Shown here in pieces: positions 1-8,528 of a DNA stretch of 29,651 nucleotides. The DNA comes from Treponema sp. (GTDB lineage: Bacteria > Spirochaetota > Spirochaetia > Treponematales > Breznakiellaceae): assembly GCA_031259035.1 (NCBI GenBank), contig JAIRLZ010000220.1:1-29651 (forward strand). Direction: 5' to 3'. The notes below the pieces were generated by a model, which had not been told where the DNA came from, made no database searches, and worked only from the letters and a program-made list of their open reading frames with translations. Position 1 is the first letter of the stretch. Each line of letters starts with the position of its first letter. The translations under genes and the position numbers were made by a program.

Positions 1-46
1 ACCTACGGTTGCGAACCTACGGTTCGGGTTAGTTTTGGAACAGGCT
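1..46 (-). repeat. Palindromic interspersed repeat (family A), truncated by window start
   Basis: 11..46 is the exact reverse complement of 16415..16450 (agcctgttccaaaactaacccgaaccgtaggttcgc); 1..10 is a partial second copy of the internal 14-bp unit. Confidence 0.9.
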
Positions 47-117
47 TTTGGAGAAAATTGCTCATTCTTTATGGGTTTAGCATGTGCGGTTTATCCAATT
101 TTCTTCAGGGGTAAGAA

Positions 118-159
118 GCTGTTCCAAAACTGACGCCATAAGGCGCGTTTTGGAACAGC
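118..159. repeat. Family A palindrome, variant core
   Basis: Perfect 13-bp inverted repeat gctgttccaaaac (118..130) / gttttggaacagc (147..159) with an internal cgcc-ataa-ggcg mini-hairpin. Confidence 0.85.
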
Positions 160-184
160 CTAAGTTTTTTCAAAATTTGCCGCC

Positions 185-234
185 CTAGGAGTTTGTTGCG
201 CTTCGCGCCCCAAATCGGAGAAAAGGCGTGTTTT
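185..234 (+). repeat. 50-bp repeat (family B), left copy, starts with CTAG
   Basis: 47/50 identical to the reverse complement of 2384..2433. Confidence 0.9.
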
Positions 235-288
235 GAAAAAGCCGCAATAGCCAATTATTTGAAACAGTCTTAAATAAGGAGTATTAGC

Positions 289-2250
289 ATGGGACGGTTT
301 AAACCCCTTGCGGCATTCATCGCTTGTGTCGCAGCAGCCTTTCTGTCGGCGGGTCTCGCCTCTGTGGTGCAAACGGATTTTGGCAGGATCACCGTCACTT
401 CCGGTTTTTTTGAGACAACCGTTCCTGACGGACCGGCTGGCGACGGCATGGCGGGGCGCATAGCCTACAAGCTCTATGTCCCGAAAGGCGTGGACGCCGC
501 CAATCCCGCTCCGGCGGTTCTGGTGATGCACGGGTATCAGAACGACCGGGAAACTTCCGCGGCCTACAGCATAGAGCTGGCCCGCCGGGGCATAGTCGCC
601 TTGTCGGTGGACCTCTACGGCCACGGGTACACCAGACCCGGCATGAGGGGACGGGGCTGGGGCGCCCATAAACTCACCAATTTGGAAAAGACCGTTTCCG
701 GCCCCCGGCGTTTCCTCATTATGATGACATTCAGCGTCTTGGACTTCTTCCGTCCCGATATATCCCGGGGCGTTACGGACAGTTCCATGGGGGGCAAGGA
801 CGCCTACCGCTTTCTGGAATCCCTTCCTTTTGTTGACGGCTCCCGTATAGGCGTTACGGGACACTCCATGGGAACATGGGCGGCATGGTCAGTGGCCGCC
901 GCCTTCCCCGGTCACAAAGCCATAGCGCTCCAGTGCGGCGAACTTATCCCCCTTGAATATTACGACGCGGGAAACGTCAAATTCAATAATGCGCTTTTGA
1001 TCCAGTCCCGGTGGGACGAATTCGATTACTTCCGGGATTACCAGCGGAATGTGGCGGGACTGGAAAAAACGCCCCTGCGGTACCGGGACTTCATGGGGCA
1101 ATCCACCCCGGTGGAATGGGACAAGACGTACGGCTCTTTCGCCGACGGCAGCGCCCGGCGCATGGAACTTATCCAGAACAACCACCGGCTCGCCACTCAC
1201 GACGGACACGCGCTTGCCGCCGCCATGCGCTGGTTTACCAGCGCCCTGGACGCGCAATCAGAACTGGCTGATTCGAACCATATCTACATGATCAAGGAAG
1301 TGTTGGCGCTCATCGCCATGCTTGCCGCCCTGGTTTCCATGCTGCCCGGCTTCCTTTTCCTTGGAGGCTTCAAATTTTTCGCCCCCCTGATCCAGCCGCT
1401 GGAACGGAAGAATCTCAGGCTTCTCCCCCCAAAAAGCAGAAGAACCACCGCCCTCATCTCTATTCTGGCAAGCGGCTTCACCTTCCCTTTTCTGGGACAA
1501 TTGGGTCACGGACTCCTTACCGTGCCGGAAAACCTCTTCCGCATGACCATAGGCACGGGCTTCATTACATGGCTTACCTTCCTTATGATTGTGTCCCTCA
1601 TCATGCTGATCCACTGGTACAAAAAAGGGGAGGGAAGGCGTATGGGCGTCTCCCTCTACGATCTGGGGCTTGCGGACAGGGCTGACCCCGGTCGTTTCAA
1701 CTGGAGCGTTATTGCCAAATCCGCGCTGGCGGCCTTCATCCTTGCCGGGAGCATGTACCTTCAGGTCTGTGTCAGCGCCGCGCTTTTCCAGCTTGACTTC
1801 CGGTTCATCTGGCCATTCTTCAAGCCTTTTACGCCGGAACGACTGGGGCAGTTTTTTGTCTATCTGCCCTTCTACGCCGCCTTTTTTCTGGTCAACGCCG
1901 GAGCCAAGCTCTACGGACAACTCCGGCTTCCAGAGCGCCGAACCCCTGCGGCCACCCAGCTTGCGTGGTGGGGGTACAGCGTGTTCATCATGCTGGGCGG
2001 CGTGTTCATCATCGTCCTCATTGAGTACATCCCCTTTTTCATGGGTTTGGGTCCCGGCGTGGACCTGATATTTTCTTCCCTTTTCGGCGGACCCTTTATG
2101 TCGGTGATGATACTCCTTATCCCCCAATTCGCGGTGTTTTTCTTCCTGTCAACGTACCTGTACCGCAGAAGCGGCCGTGTCTATACCGGTTCCTTCATCG
2201 TGGCGATACTGGCAAGTTGGGTTCTTTGCGGGGGATCGGCTATGTTCTAG
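289..2250 (+). CDS. Membrane-anchored alpha/beta-fold hydrolase with a multi-TM C-terminal domain
   Basis: N-terminal hydrophobic signal/anchor, oxyanion-type HGY, nucleophile elbow GHSMG, many hydrophobic helices in the C-terminal half; SD AAGGAG upstream of the ATG. Confidence 0.85.
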   Translation: MGRFKPLAAFIACVAAAFLSAGLASVVQTDFGRITVTSGFFETTVPDGPAGDGMAGRIAYKLYVPKGVDAANPAPAVLVMHGYQNDRETSAAYSIELARRGIVALSVDLYGHGYTRPGMRGRGWGAHKLTNLEKTVSGPRRFLIMMTFSVLDFFRPDISRGVTDSSMGGKDAYRFLESLPFVDGSRIGVTGHSMGTWAAWSVAAAFPGHKAIALQCGELIPLEYYDAGNVKFNNALLIQSRWDEFDYFRDYQRNVAGLEKTPLRYRDFMGQSTPVEWDKTYGSFADGSARRMELIQNNHRLATHDGHALAAAMRWFTSALDAQSELADSNHIYMIKEVLALIAMLAALVSMLPGFLFLGGFKFFAPLIQPLERKNLRLLPPKSRRTTALISILASGFTFPFLGQLGHGLLTVPENLFRMTIGTGFITWLTFLMIVSLIMLIHWYKKGEGRRMGVSLYDLGLADRADPGRFNWSVIAKSALAAFILAGSMYLQVCVSAALFQLDFRFIWPFFKPFTPERLGQFFVYLPFYAAFFLVNAGAKLYGQLRLPERRTPAATQLAWWGYSVFIMLGGVFIIVLIEYIPFFMGLGPGVDLIFSSLFGGPFMSVMILLIPQFAVFFFLSTYLYRRSGRVYTGSFIVAILASWVLCGGSAMF

Positions 2251-2255
2251 CAGCC

Positions 2256-2323
2256 TGTTGCGCTTGTAGGTTTTCATGTTTTTTCGTTGAAAAAAGCCAT
2301 GAAAACCACGATGTATGGGTTGC
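2256..2323 (+). repeat. Family C element: conserved flanks around a variable hairpin, copy 1
   Basis: tgttgcgcttgtaggtttt (2256..2274) and gatgtatgggttgc (2310..2323) recur at 20897..20915 and 20942..20955; central stem ggttttcatg/catgaaaacc. Confidence 0.75.
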
Positions 2324-2325
2324 CG

Positions 2326-2355
2326 CGAACCTTCGGTTTGCGAACCGAAGGTTCG
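2326..2355. repeat. Perfect palindrome built from the family A internal unit
   Basis: cgaaccttcggtt-tgcg-aaccgaaggttcg with 13-bp arms; the arm resembles the aaccgtaggttcgc unit. Confidence 0.75.
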
Positions 2356-2383
2356 ACGGAGTTTGAGCGGAAGAAAAGGCGCA

Positions 2384-2433
2384 AAAACGCGCCTTTTCTC
2401 CGATGTGGGGCGCGAAGCGCGACAAACTCCTAG
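2384..2433 (-). repeat. 50-bp repeat (family B), right inverted copy, ends with CTAG
   Basis: Inverted copy of 185..234; also forms a local hairpin agaaaaggcgc/gcgccttttct (2372..2399). Confidence 0.9.
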
Positions 2434-2550
2434 AAGCTGCGGCAAAACCCGTCCATTGGTCCGCAAAGCCCCTGCGTAGCGCCGCCGCAAAACCCTCATT
2501 CGGGCCGCGACTCGCCGCAACCGGAACGGTACGCGCCATAAAATCTGAAA

Positions 2551-2580
2551 AATTTATTGATAATTTATTGATAATTTATT
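2551..2580 (+). repeat. 11-bp tandem repeat (aatttattgat x2.7)
   Basis: aatttattgat aatttattgat aatttatt read directly; overlaps the -35 of the downstream promoter. Confidence 0.85.
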
Positions 2581-2596
2581 AAAACGGCGGTATAAT
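2568..2596 (+). promoter_or_regulatory. sigma70-type promoter
   Basis: TTGATA (2568..2573) - 17 bp - TATAAT (2591..2596). Confidence 0.75.
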
Positions 2597-2752
2597 AATG
2601 AAAGAGACTGGCGTCTCCCAGTGAGAGACAACTGGAACGGCAAGCGGCGTAAATCTGGACGGGTTTGAGGAGGCGGCTGTCGCCGCCGCTTATGAAAAAA
2701 GATAGATTTTATGAAATCAAAACGCTTGCCGGATGATGCAAGGAGGATGGCT

Positions 2753-3223
2753 ATGCGGTTTTCAAAAGTGTTGTTGTTTTCAGTGGGGTTTGTTTGTATT
2801 TTCACCGGAACCGTGTCGGCCCAATATTCACGGGCGGGACTGCAAAGGATGTATATGTCCTATTTAAGCGACGAGGGCTATTCGCCTTCAATCGATTCCG
2901 ATGGCGACGTCGCGTTTAAGAAAGAAGGGCGTCCGTTCTGGATTGAGGTGAACGAAAAGGATTTAGGATATTTCAGGATCGGGTATTTGGCTAATTACGC
3001 TTTGGATTACGAATACGAAGCGCGCCAATTTCCCATCGCTATTGATTACGCGAACAGAAAGACGAAAGTCGCCAAAGTGTATTCCATGGAAGACGGCGGG
3101 CGTTTTATGATATCCGCGGAAATATATGTCACAAACCCCGAAGATTTTAAAGTCGTATTTAACCGGATGATAAACGCGATAAACCAAGCCAGACAAAACT
3201 TTCTTGACAAAATGGAAGAATGA
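2753..3223 (+). CDS. Signal-peptide-bearing YbjN/CesT-like fold protein
   Basis: SD AGGAGG at 2741..2746; hydrophobic signal peptide ending TVSA-Q; YL..EGY.P.IDSDGDV.FK.EG and AN....VAKVY patterns resemble YbjN-domain proteins (family recognised from memory). Confidence 0.65.
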   Translation: MRFSKVLLFSVGFVCIFTGTVSAQYSRAGLQRMYMSYLSDEGYSPSIDSDGDVAFKKEGRPFWIEVNEKDLGYFRIGYLANYALDYEYEARQFPIAIDYANRKTKVAKVYSMEDGGRFMISAEIYVTNPEDFKVVFNRMINAINQARQNFLDKMEE

Positions 3224-3266
3224 CTCGGCGTTGGCGCAAGCCCGCCGCGTCCGCGAAAACCGGCGG

Positions 3267-3292
3267 AGACCGCAGCGAGCGGCGGTCTTTTT
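3267..3292 (+). terminator. Intrinsic terminator
   Basis: agaccgc/gcggtct stem followed by a T run, about 45 nt after the stop codon. Confidence 0.6.
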
Positions 3293-3344
3293 CATTGAGA
3301 TACGCGAGGGTTGTCGTCCCGCTTTAATATGATGATTTCCTCAC

Positions 3345-3373
3345 TTGCCTAAAACGCGGTTAAAGGCTATCAT
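3345..3373 (+). promoter_or_regulatory. sigma70-type promoter of dnaE (near-leaderless)
   Basis: TTGCCT - 17 bp - TATCAT; ATG only 9 nt downstream; no SD. Confidence 0.6.
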
Positions 3374-3382
3374 GCTTGCATT

Positions 3383-6300
3383 ATGACAGATTTCGTTCAT
3401 CTTCATGTACACAGCGATTTTTCGTTGTTGGATGGCGCGGCTTCGGTAGAGAGCCTCGCCGACAAAGCCGAAGCCTTGGGCATGAGGCGCCTTGCCATTA
3501 CAGACCACGGCAACATGTTCGGGGCGCTGAAATTCATTGCCGCATGCAAAGAACATGCGGATCATTCGCCGCGCGCCAATCCCATTCATCCCATTATCGG
3601 GAATGAGTTTTACATGGCGCCCGGCTCCCGTTTTGAAAAGAGCGGGTCGGAACATGGAAACAAGTACTACCACCTGATACTCCTCGCAAAAGATGCGCGA
3701 GGTTATACAAATCTTTTGAAATTGACGTCCGCCTCGTATATAGACGGCTTTTACTATAAGCCGCGCATTGATGAGGAAGTTCTGGTTAAATATCACGAAG
3801 GGCTTGTCTGTCTTTCCGCGTGCATTGCCGGTGAGATTCCAAGCCTCATTCTGGAAGACAACATAGAAGAGGCTGAGAAAAAAGCGCGATGGTTTCGGGA
3901 TCTGTTTGGAGATGAGGATTTTTATCTTGAATTGCAGGATCACGGGCTGAAGGAGCAGAAAAAAGCTAACGAGGCGCTCATAGACATAGCGAAACGCACC
4001 GGCATCCCGCTTGTCGTTACCAACGACATTCATTACCTTGAAAAAGACGACTCCGCCGTTCAGGATATTCTCCTGTGCGTCAGCACCCAAAAGAAACGCG
4101 GCGACGCAAAACGTATGCGTTTTGATTCCGACCAGTTTTACTTCAAAACCGGCGGCGAGATGGCGGCGTTGTTCCCCGAATACCCGGAAGCCGTCGCAAA
4201 CACTGTGCGCATCGCCGAACGGTGCAAGACCGAAATTCCCAAGATCAAAACGAAAGACCTTCCCAAATACCTCCCTGAATTCGACATTCCCCTCGGCTTT
4301 AGAGACGCCGACGAGTACATGCGCCACCTTACGTTTGAAGGGCTTGCAAAACGCTATCCCAATTACGGGGAAGAAATCCGCAAACGGGCGGAATATGAGC
4401 TTGACGTCATCATAAAGATGGGCTTTACGGGTTATTTTCTCATTGTGGCGGACTTCATCAACTGGGCGAAGGAACATGGCATCGCGGTTGGTCCGGGGCG
4501 CGGCTCAGGCGCGGGTTCCATTACGGCGTATGCGCTCCGCATCACGGACATAGACCCGCTCAAGTACGACCTCCTGTTCGAGCGATTCCTCAACCCTGAA
4601 CGCATCTCCATGCCGGATTTTGACGTTGACTTCTGCAATGAACGCCGTGACGAGGTGATCCGGTATGTTACGGAAAAATACGGCAAAGACCGCGTGGGGC
4701 AGATCATCACCTTCGGCACGCTCAAGGCGAAGGCCGTCATTAAAGACGTCGCCCGCGTTCTTGACATTCCGCTCTCGGAAGCGAATATGATTGCCAATCT
4801 CATTCCCAAAGACCCCAAAATGACGCTGAAAAAGGCGTTTGAGGAGGAGCCGAAACTGCGGGAATTGGAGGAGAACCCCAAGTATCAGGAATTGTTCTTC
4901 TTCGCCCGCAAACTGGAAGGCAAGAACCGCAACTCAAGCCTCCATGCGGCGGGCATCGTTATTGGAAAGACAGCCCTCGCAAACTATGTGCCGCTGTATA
5001 AAGACCCCAAAACCGGCGGCGTGGCGAGCCAGTACACCATGGACGTCATTGAGGGGCAAGGGCTGGTGAAGATGGACTTTTTGGGGCTTAAAAATCTCGA
5101 TCTCATCAAAAACGCCATTGACCTCATCAAAAAACGGGGCGAAGAATACGCCGGTTTTACCATTGAGGCTATCCCCGAAAACGACGAGGCGACGTTTAAG
5201 ATGCTGGGAGAAGGGAGGAGTTCGGGCATTTTCCAGTTTGAATCTCAAGGTATGCAGAATGTGCTGAGGCAGGCGAAACCGACTAGCATCGAGGACCTCA
5301 TCGCTTTGAACGCCCTGTACCGGCCTGGCCCTATGGACTACATTCCGCAGTTTATTGCGTCCAAATGGGGCAGGCAGCCCATAGTGTATCCGGATCCGTG
5401 CCTTGAAGATATCCTCAAGGAGACCTACGGGGTCATCGTGTATCAGGAGCAGGTTATGCAGGTCGCCCGGCGGATAGCGGGCTACTCGCTGGGGCAAGCC
5501 GACATGCTGCGCCGCGCGATGGGAAAAAAGAAGCGGGAGATCATCGACAAGGAAAAGGCGCCGTTTATCGCGGGCGCGGTGAAAAACGGATTTAAAGAAG
5601 CTGACGCCGACCGCATCTATGAGATTTTGATCCCCTTTGCCAATTACGGTTTCAACAAGAGTCATGCCGCCGCGTATTCAGTGCTGGCGTATCAGACCGC
5701 GTATCTCAAGACGAATTTTTCCGCTGAATTTATGGCCGCGAAACTCACCAACGAGATCTCCGGCACGGACAGCCTGCCCTCCTACATTGACGAAGCCCGC
5801 AAGATGGGGCTTGCCATTGATCCGCCTGACATCAACCGTTCCGACCGGTATTTCTCCGTTGCGGATGGACGCATCGTGTACGGCTTTCTCGGCATAAAGG
5901 GCTTGGGCGAAGGACCCGCTGACGAGATAATTTCCTGCCGCGAAAAAGACGGTCCGTACAAGAGTTTTCTGGACTTCCTTGAGCGTGTGGATATTAAAGC
6001 CGTGGGCAAAAAGGTTGTGGAACTGCTCGCCCGAACCGGCGCATTTGACTCGTTCGGCCTGACGCGGGCTACGCTGGTTGAAAATCTTGAACAGATTGTG
6101 GAATCTTTGCAAAAAAGCAAGGAAGGCAGGGCGTACGGACAGGGCGGTCTTTTTGACGATGAGCCGGAAGATCAGCGGCAGCTCTTTCGTTTTGTTGAAA
6201 AGCCCGAATGGACGCGCATGGAAAAACTCCAAATTGAGAAAGATCTGCTCGGCTTTTACTTTTCTGGCCACCCGATGGATGATTTTAAGCCTATGTGGGA

Positions 6301-7336
6301 GAAGTATAGCGCGTTGAATCTGGCGGATATCGACAACGCCGAAGACGGCATGTACACCATTGTCGGCATGATCAAAGACCTGAAGTCCCATCATACCAAC
6401 AACGGTGAAATGGGGTTCAGCGCGATTGCGGATTACAACGGCGAAATTGAATTGACGCTGTTCGCCGATTCGTGGGCGCGGACAAAGAACAGCCTTGCGG
6501 TGGACAGAGTTGTAGCGGTCCGGGGCAAGCTCAGCGCGTCCGATATGCGGGACAAACCGAGTTTCCTTGTTGACAGCGTACTCAATCTTGAAAAGCCCGG
6601 TCTTACACAGGCGGCTATTGACACCTTTTTCAGCCACCCGCTTGACACGTACCGCGAAGCGTGGGAACAGAACTGTACGTTGAACCTTGCGCAGGCGGCG
6701 GGCGCGAAAGACGGACTTTACATGCTGGCGGGCGTCATCAGGAGTGTAAAGCCGTATCAGACGTCAAAGGGCGGAGAGATGGCGTTTTCTTCCATTGAGG
6801 ATTTTAACGGGCAGATCGATCTGGTGATTTTCTCGGACATGTGGGAAAAATGCCGGAATACGCTTGCGATTGACAAAATCGTCGCGCTCAAGGGCAAGCT
6901 GGACAAGTCTCGCCGTCCCGATAGGCCAAGCGTTATTGTACACGAATTGCTTGATCTGGATCTTTTGCAAAAGGAGGCGGAGTCCAACCCCAAAGAGGCC
7001 GCGAAAAAGGCGGGCGGAAAGAAACCGTCAAAGCGACAGGCGTCCCCGCAGCCAACCACGCCTGCGGTTTCGCAGGCTCCGCAGGTGGAAAAGCCCCGCG
7101 TTCCAACCGTGCATATCAGGCTTACGGAGACCGCTGTGGAAACTGACAGTACGCTCATTGTTTTGCGGGATGTCTTGCTCGAAAAACAAGGTTCCTGCGA
7201 GGTGTACCTGCACGTCCCTGACGCGGAAGGCGAGACGATCATTAGAACCACCTCCCAGATACAAGCGTCCGCCGATGATGTCGCAATTGAAATGTATGCG
7301 CGTTGCGGGGGCGTTGAAAAAGTGTGGGCTGAGTAA
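3383..7336 (+). CDS. dnaE: DNA polymerase III alpha subunit with tandem duplicated OB-fold
   Basis: PHP motifs HLHVHSDFSLLDG, ITDHG, GNE, NDIHY; GRGSGAGS; catalytic PDFDVD; YGFNKSH; clamp-binding QGGLF; two OB-fold units. Confidence 0.98.
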   Translation: MTDFVHLHVHSDFSLLDGAASVESLADKAEALGMRRLAITDHGNMFGALKFIAACKEHADHSPRANPIHPIIGNEFYMAPGSRFEKSGSEHGNKYYHLILLAKDARGYTNLLKLTSASYIDGFYYKPRIDEEVLVKYHEGLVCLSACIAGEIPSLILEDNIEEAEKKARWFRDLFGDEDFYLELQDHGLKEQKKANEALIDIAKRTGIPLVVTNDIHYLEKDDSAVQDILLCVSTQKKRGDAKRMRFDSDQFYFKTGGEMAALFPEYPEAVANTVRIAERCKTEIPKIKTKDLPKYLPEFDIPLGFRDADEYMRHLTFEGLAKRYPNYGEEIRKRAEYELDVIIKMGFTGYFLIVADFINWAKEHGIAVGPGRGSGAGSITAYALRITDIDPLKYDLLFERFLNPERISMPDFDVDFCNERRDEVIRYVTEKYGKDRVGQIITFGTLKAKAVIKDVARVLDIPLSEANMIANLIPKDPKMTLKKAFEEEPKLRELEENPKYQELFFFARKLEGKNRNSSLHAAGIVIGKTALANYVPLYKDPKTGGVASQYTMDVIEGQGLVKMDFLGLKNLDLIKNAIDLIKKRGEEYAGFTIEAIPENDEATFKMLGEGRSSGIFQFESQGMQNVLRQAKPTSIEDLIALNALYRPGPMDYIPQFIASKWGRQPIVYPDPCLEDILKETYGVIVYQEQVMQVARRIAGYSLGQADMLRRAMGKKKREIIDKEKAPFIAGAVKNGFKEADADRIYEILIPFANYGFNKSHAAAYSVLAYQTAYLKTNFSAEFMAAKLTNEISGTDSLPSYIDEARKMGLAIDPPDINRSDRYFSVADGRIVYGFLGIKGLGEGPADEIISCREKDGPYKSFLDFLERVDIKAVGKKVVELLARTGAFDSFGLTRATLVENLEQIVESLQKSKEGRAYGQGGLFDDEPEDQRQLFRFVEKPEWTRMEKLQIEKDLLGFYFSGHPMDDFKPMWEKYSALNLADIDNAEDGMYTIVGMIKDLKSHHTNNGEMGFSAIADYNGEIELTLFADSWARTKNSLAVDRVVAVRGKLSASDMRDKPSFLVDSVLNLEKPGLTQAAIDTFFSHPLDTYREAWEQNCTLNLAQAAGAKDGLYMLAGVIRSVKPYQTSKGGEMAFSSIEDFNGQIDLVIFSDMWEKCRNTLAIDKIVALKGKLDKSRRPDRPSVIVHELLDLDLLQKEAESNPKEAAKKAGGKKPSKRQASPQPTTPAVSQAPQVEKPRVPTVHIRLTETAVETDSTLIVLRDVLLEKQGSCEVYLHVPDAEGETIIRTTSQIQASADDVAIEMYARCGGVEKVWAE

Positions 7337-7440
7337 ATCTCCCCCGCCGGAGGGCGGGCGCCGTAACCTTTGAAAATATGGACGCCAATGAAACAACCTC
7401 TTCCCTTCGCGCAGATTTTTTCGTGGGACCACGCGCCTAC

Positions 7441-7468
7441 TTGACAATTCTTCGCTTTTGAGTATACT
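7441..7468 (+). promoter_or_regulatory. sigma70-type promoter of the rpsF operon
   Basis: TTGACA - 16 bp - TATACT. Confidence 0.7.
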
Positions 7469-7475
7469 AATAAGT

Positions 7476-7661
7476 CTGTTTCAAAACGCGAACCTACGCT
7501 TCGGGCTTGGTTTTGAACAGGCTTTTGGGAAAAGCGGTCAAACGTCCGCTTTTCCCTTTAAATCTAAGGTTGCCGTTTCAAAACTTCAGTTTTGAAACGG
7601 ACTCTGATCAGAGGCTTTCCCAAAACGCGAACTGTGTTCGGGTTAGTTTTGGGAAAGGCTC
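7476..7661. repeat. Mosaic cluster of four palindromes in the rpsF leader
   Basis: 7476..7522 family A; 7527..7556 gggaaaagcgg/ccgcttttccc; 7573..7600 ccgtttcaaaac/gttttgaaacgg; 7611..7661 tttcccaaaac/gttttgggaaa with the family A core. Confidence 0.85.
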
Positions 7662-7697
7662 ATCAAACAACTTTTTCGTAAGATAAGGTTGAGAAGA

Positions 7698-7741
7698 CCT
7701 CTTTGTCCATCTTGAGATGGACTATTTTATCCATAAGGAGG
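7698..7741 (+). promoter_or_regulatory. Putative S6:S18-binding autoregulatory RNA of rpsF
   Basis: Lower stem ccucuuu/aaggagg sequesters the SD; upper stem guccauc/gauggac with a UUGA loop; 3' internal loop contains CCA just before the SD. Confidence 0.6.
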
Positions 7742-7748
7742 GTTGCTT

Positions 7749-8027
7749 ATGAATCAGTACGAACTGACGGTTATCTTTCCATTAGAGGAAGATCAACACA
7801 AAGCAGGCCGTGAACAATTACTGAATGATCTGAGCGCGCATGGCGCGGAGATTGAGAAAACAGACGAGCTGGGTGATAAAGACCTTGCCTACGAAGTAAA
7901 AAAGAGACGCCGCGGCAAATACGCGCTTTTCACGATTAAACTCGCCCCTGAAAAACAAGCTGTACTGGATCGCGTTTTCAAGCTCAACGGGAATCTTGTG
8001 AAATACTTCTTTATAAGAATAAAATAG
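7749..8027 (+). CDS. rpsF: 30S ribosomal protein S6
   Basis: YELTVIF, LAYEVKK...G.Y motifs; SD AAGGAGG; first gene of rpsF-ssb-rpsR. Confidence 0.95.
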   Translation: MNQYELTVIFPLEEDQHKAGREQLLNDLSAHGAEIEKTDELGDKDLAYEVKKRRRGKYALFTIKLAPEKQAVLDRVFKLNGNLVKYFFIRIK

Positions 8028-8036
8028 GAGAGCCGA

Positions 8037-8528
8037 ATGTCTGATATAAATCATGTGGTCTTGGTGGGAAGATTAACTCGTGACGCCGAGCTCAAGTACA
8101 CTGCCAATGGTCAGGCTGTATGCAAATTTTCCATTGCGGTAAACCGGCGCAAGAAGTCTGGCGAACAATGGGTTGAGGAAGCGAACTTTTTTGATATTGT
8201 GGTGTGGGGCAGGCAAGGCGAAGCTCTCAACCAATATTTGGTCAAAGGCAAGCTCATCGGAGTTGACGGAGAACTTCGTCAGGATCGCTGGGAGCAAGAG
8301 GGGCAGAACCGCTCAAAGATTGAGATCATAGCGAATAATTTGCAGCTTCTGGGTGGAGGTCCGGGGCAAGCGGGAGGAGGCGCGTCTGGCGGCGGCATGC
8401 CGTCATCTTACAGTGAGCGTAAAAACGATGGCGCTTACCATGATCACGCGCGTTCTACGCATGCATCTTCAGAAGGACATTCTCTCTCTACAGGCGGGGA
8501 TGGTTTTTCTGATGACATTCCATTCTAA
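8037..8528 (+). CDS. ssb: Single-stranded DNA-binding protein
   Basis: N.VVLVGRLTRD OB fold, Gly/Ser-rich linker, C-terminal DDIPF. Confidence 0.97.
   Translation: MSDINHVVLVGRLTRDAELKYTANGQAVCKFSIAVNRRKKSGEQWVEEANFFDIVVWGRQGEALNQYLVKGKLIGVDGELRQDRWEQEGQNRSKIEIIANNLQLLGGGPGQAGGGASGGGMPSSYSERKNDGAYHDHARSTHASSEGHSLSTGGDGFSDDIPF

Noticed and set aside
160-864. 234-aa minus-strand ORF
   Set aside because: Antisense shadow of the hydrolase; its end runs through repeats; no recognisable motifs.
2149-2805. ORFs of 83-123 aa spanning the intergenic repeats
   Set aside because: They are translations of palindromic repeat DNA, with no SD or protein-like composition.
3341-6637. Long minus-strand ORFs (378, 243, 319 aa) opposite dnaE
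   Set aside because: Frame-symmetric shadows of a high-GC3 coding strand.
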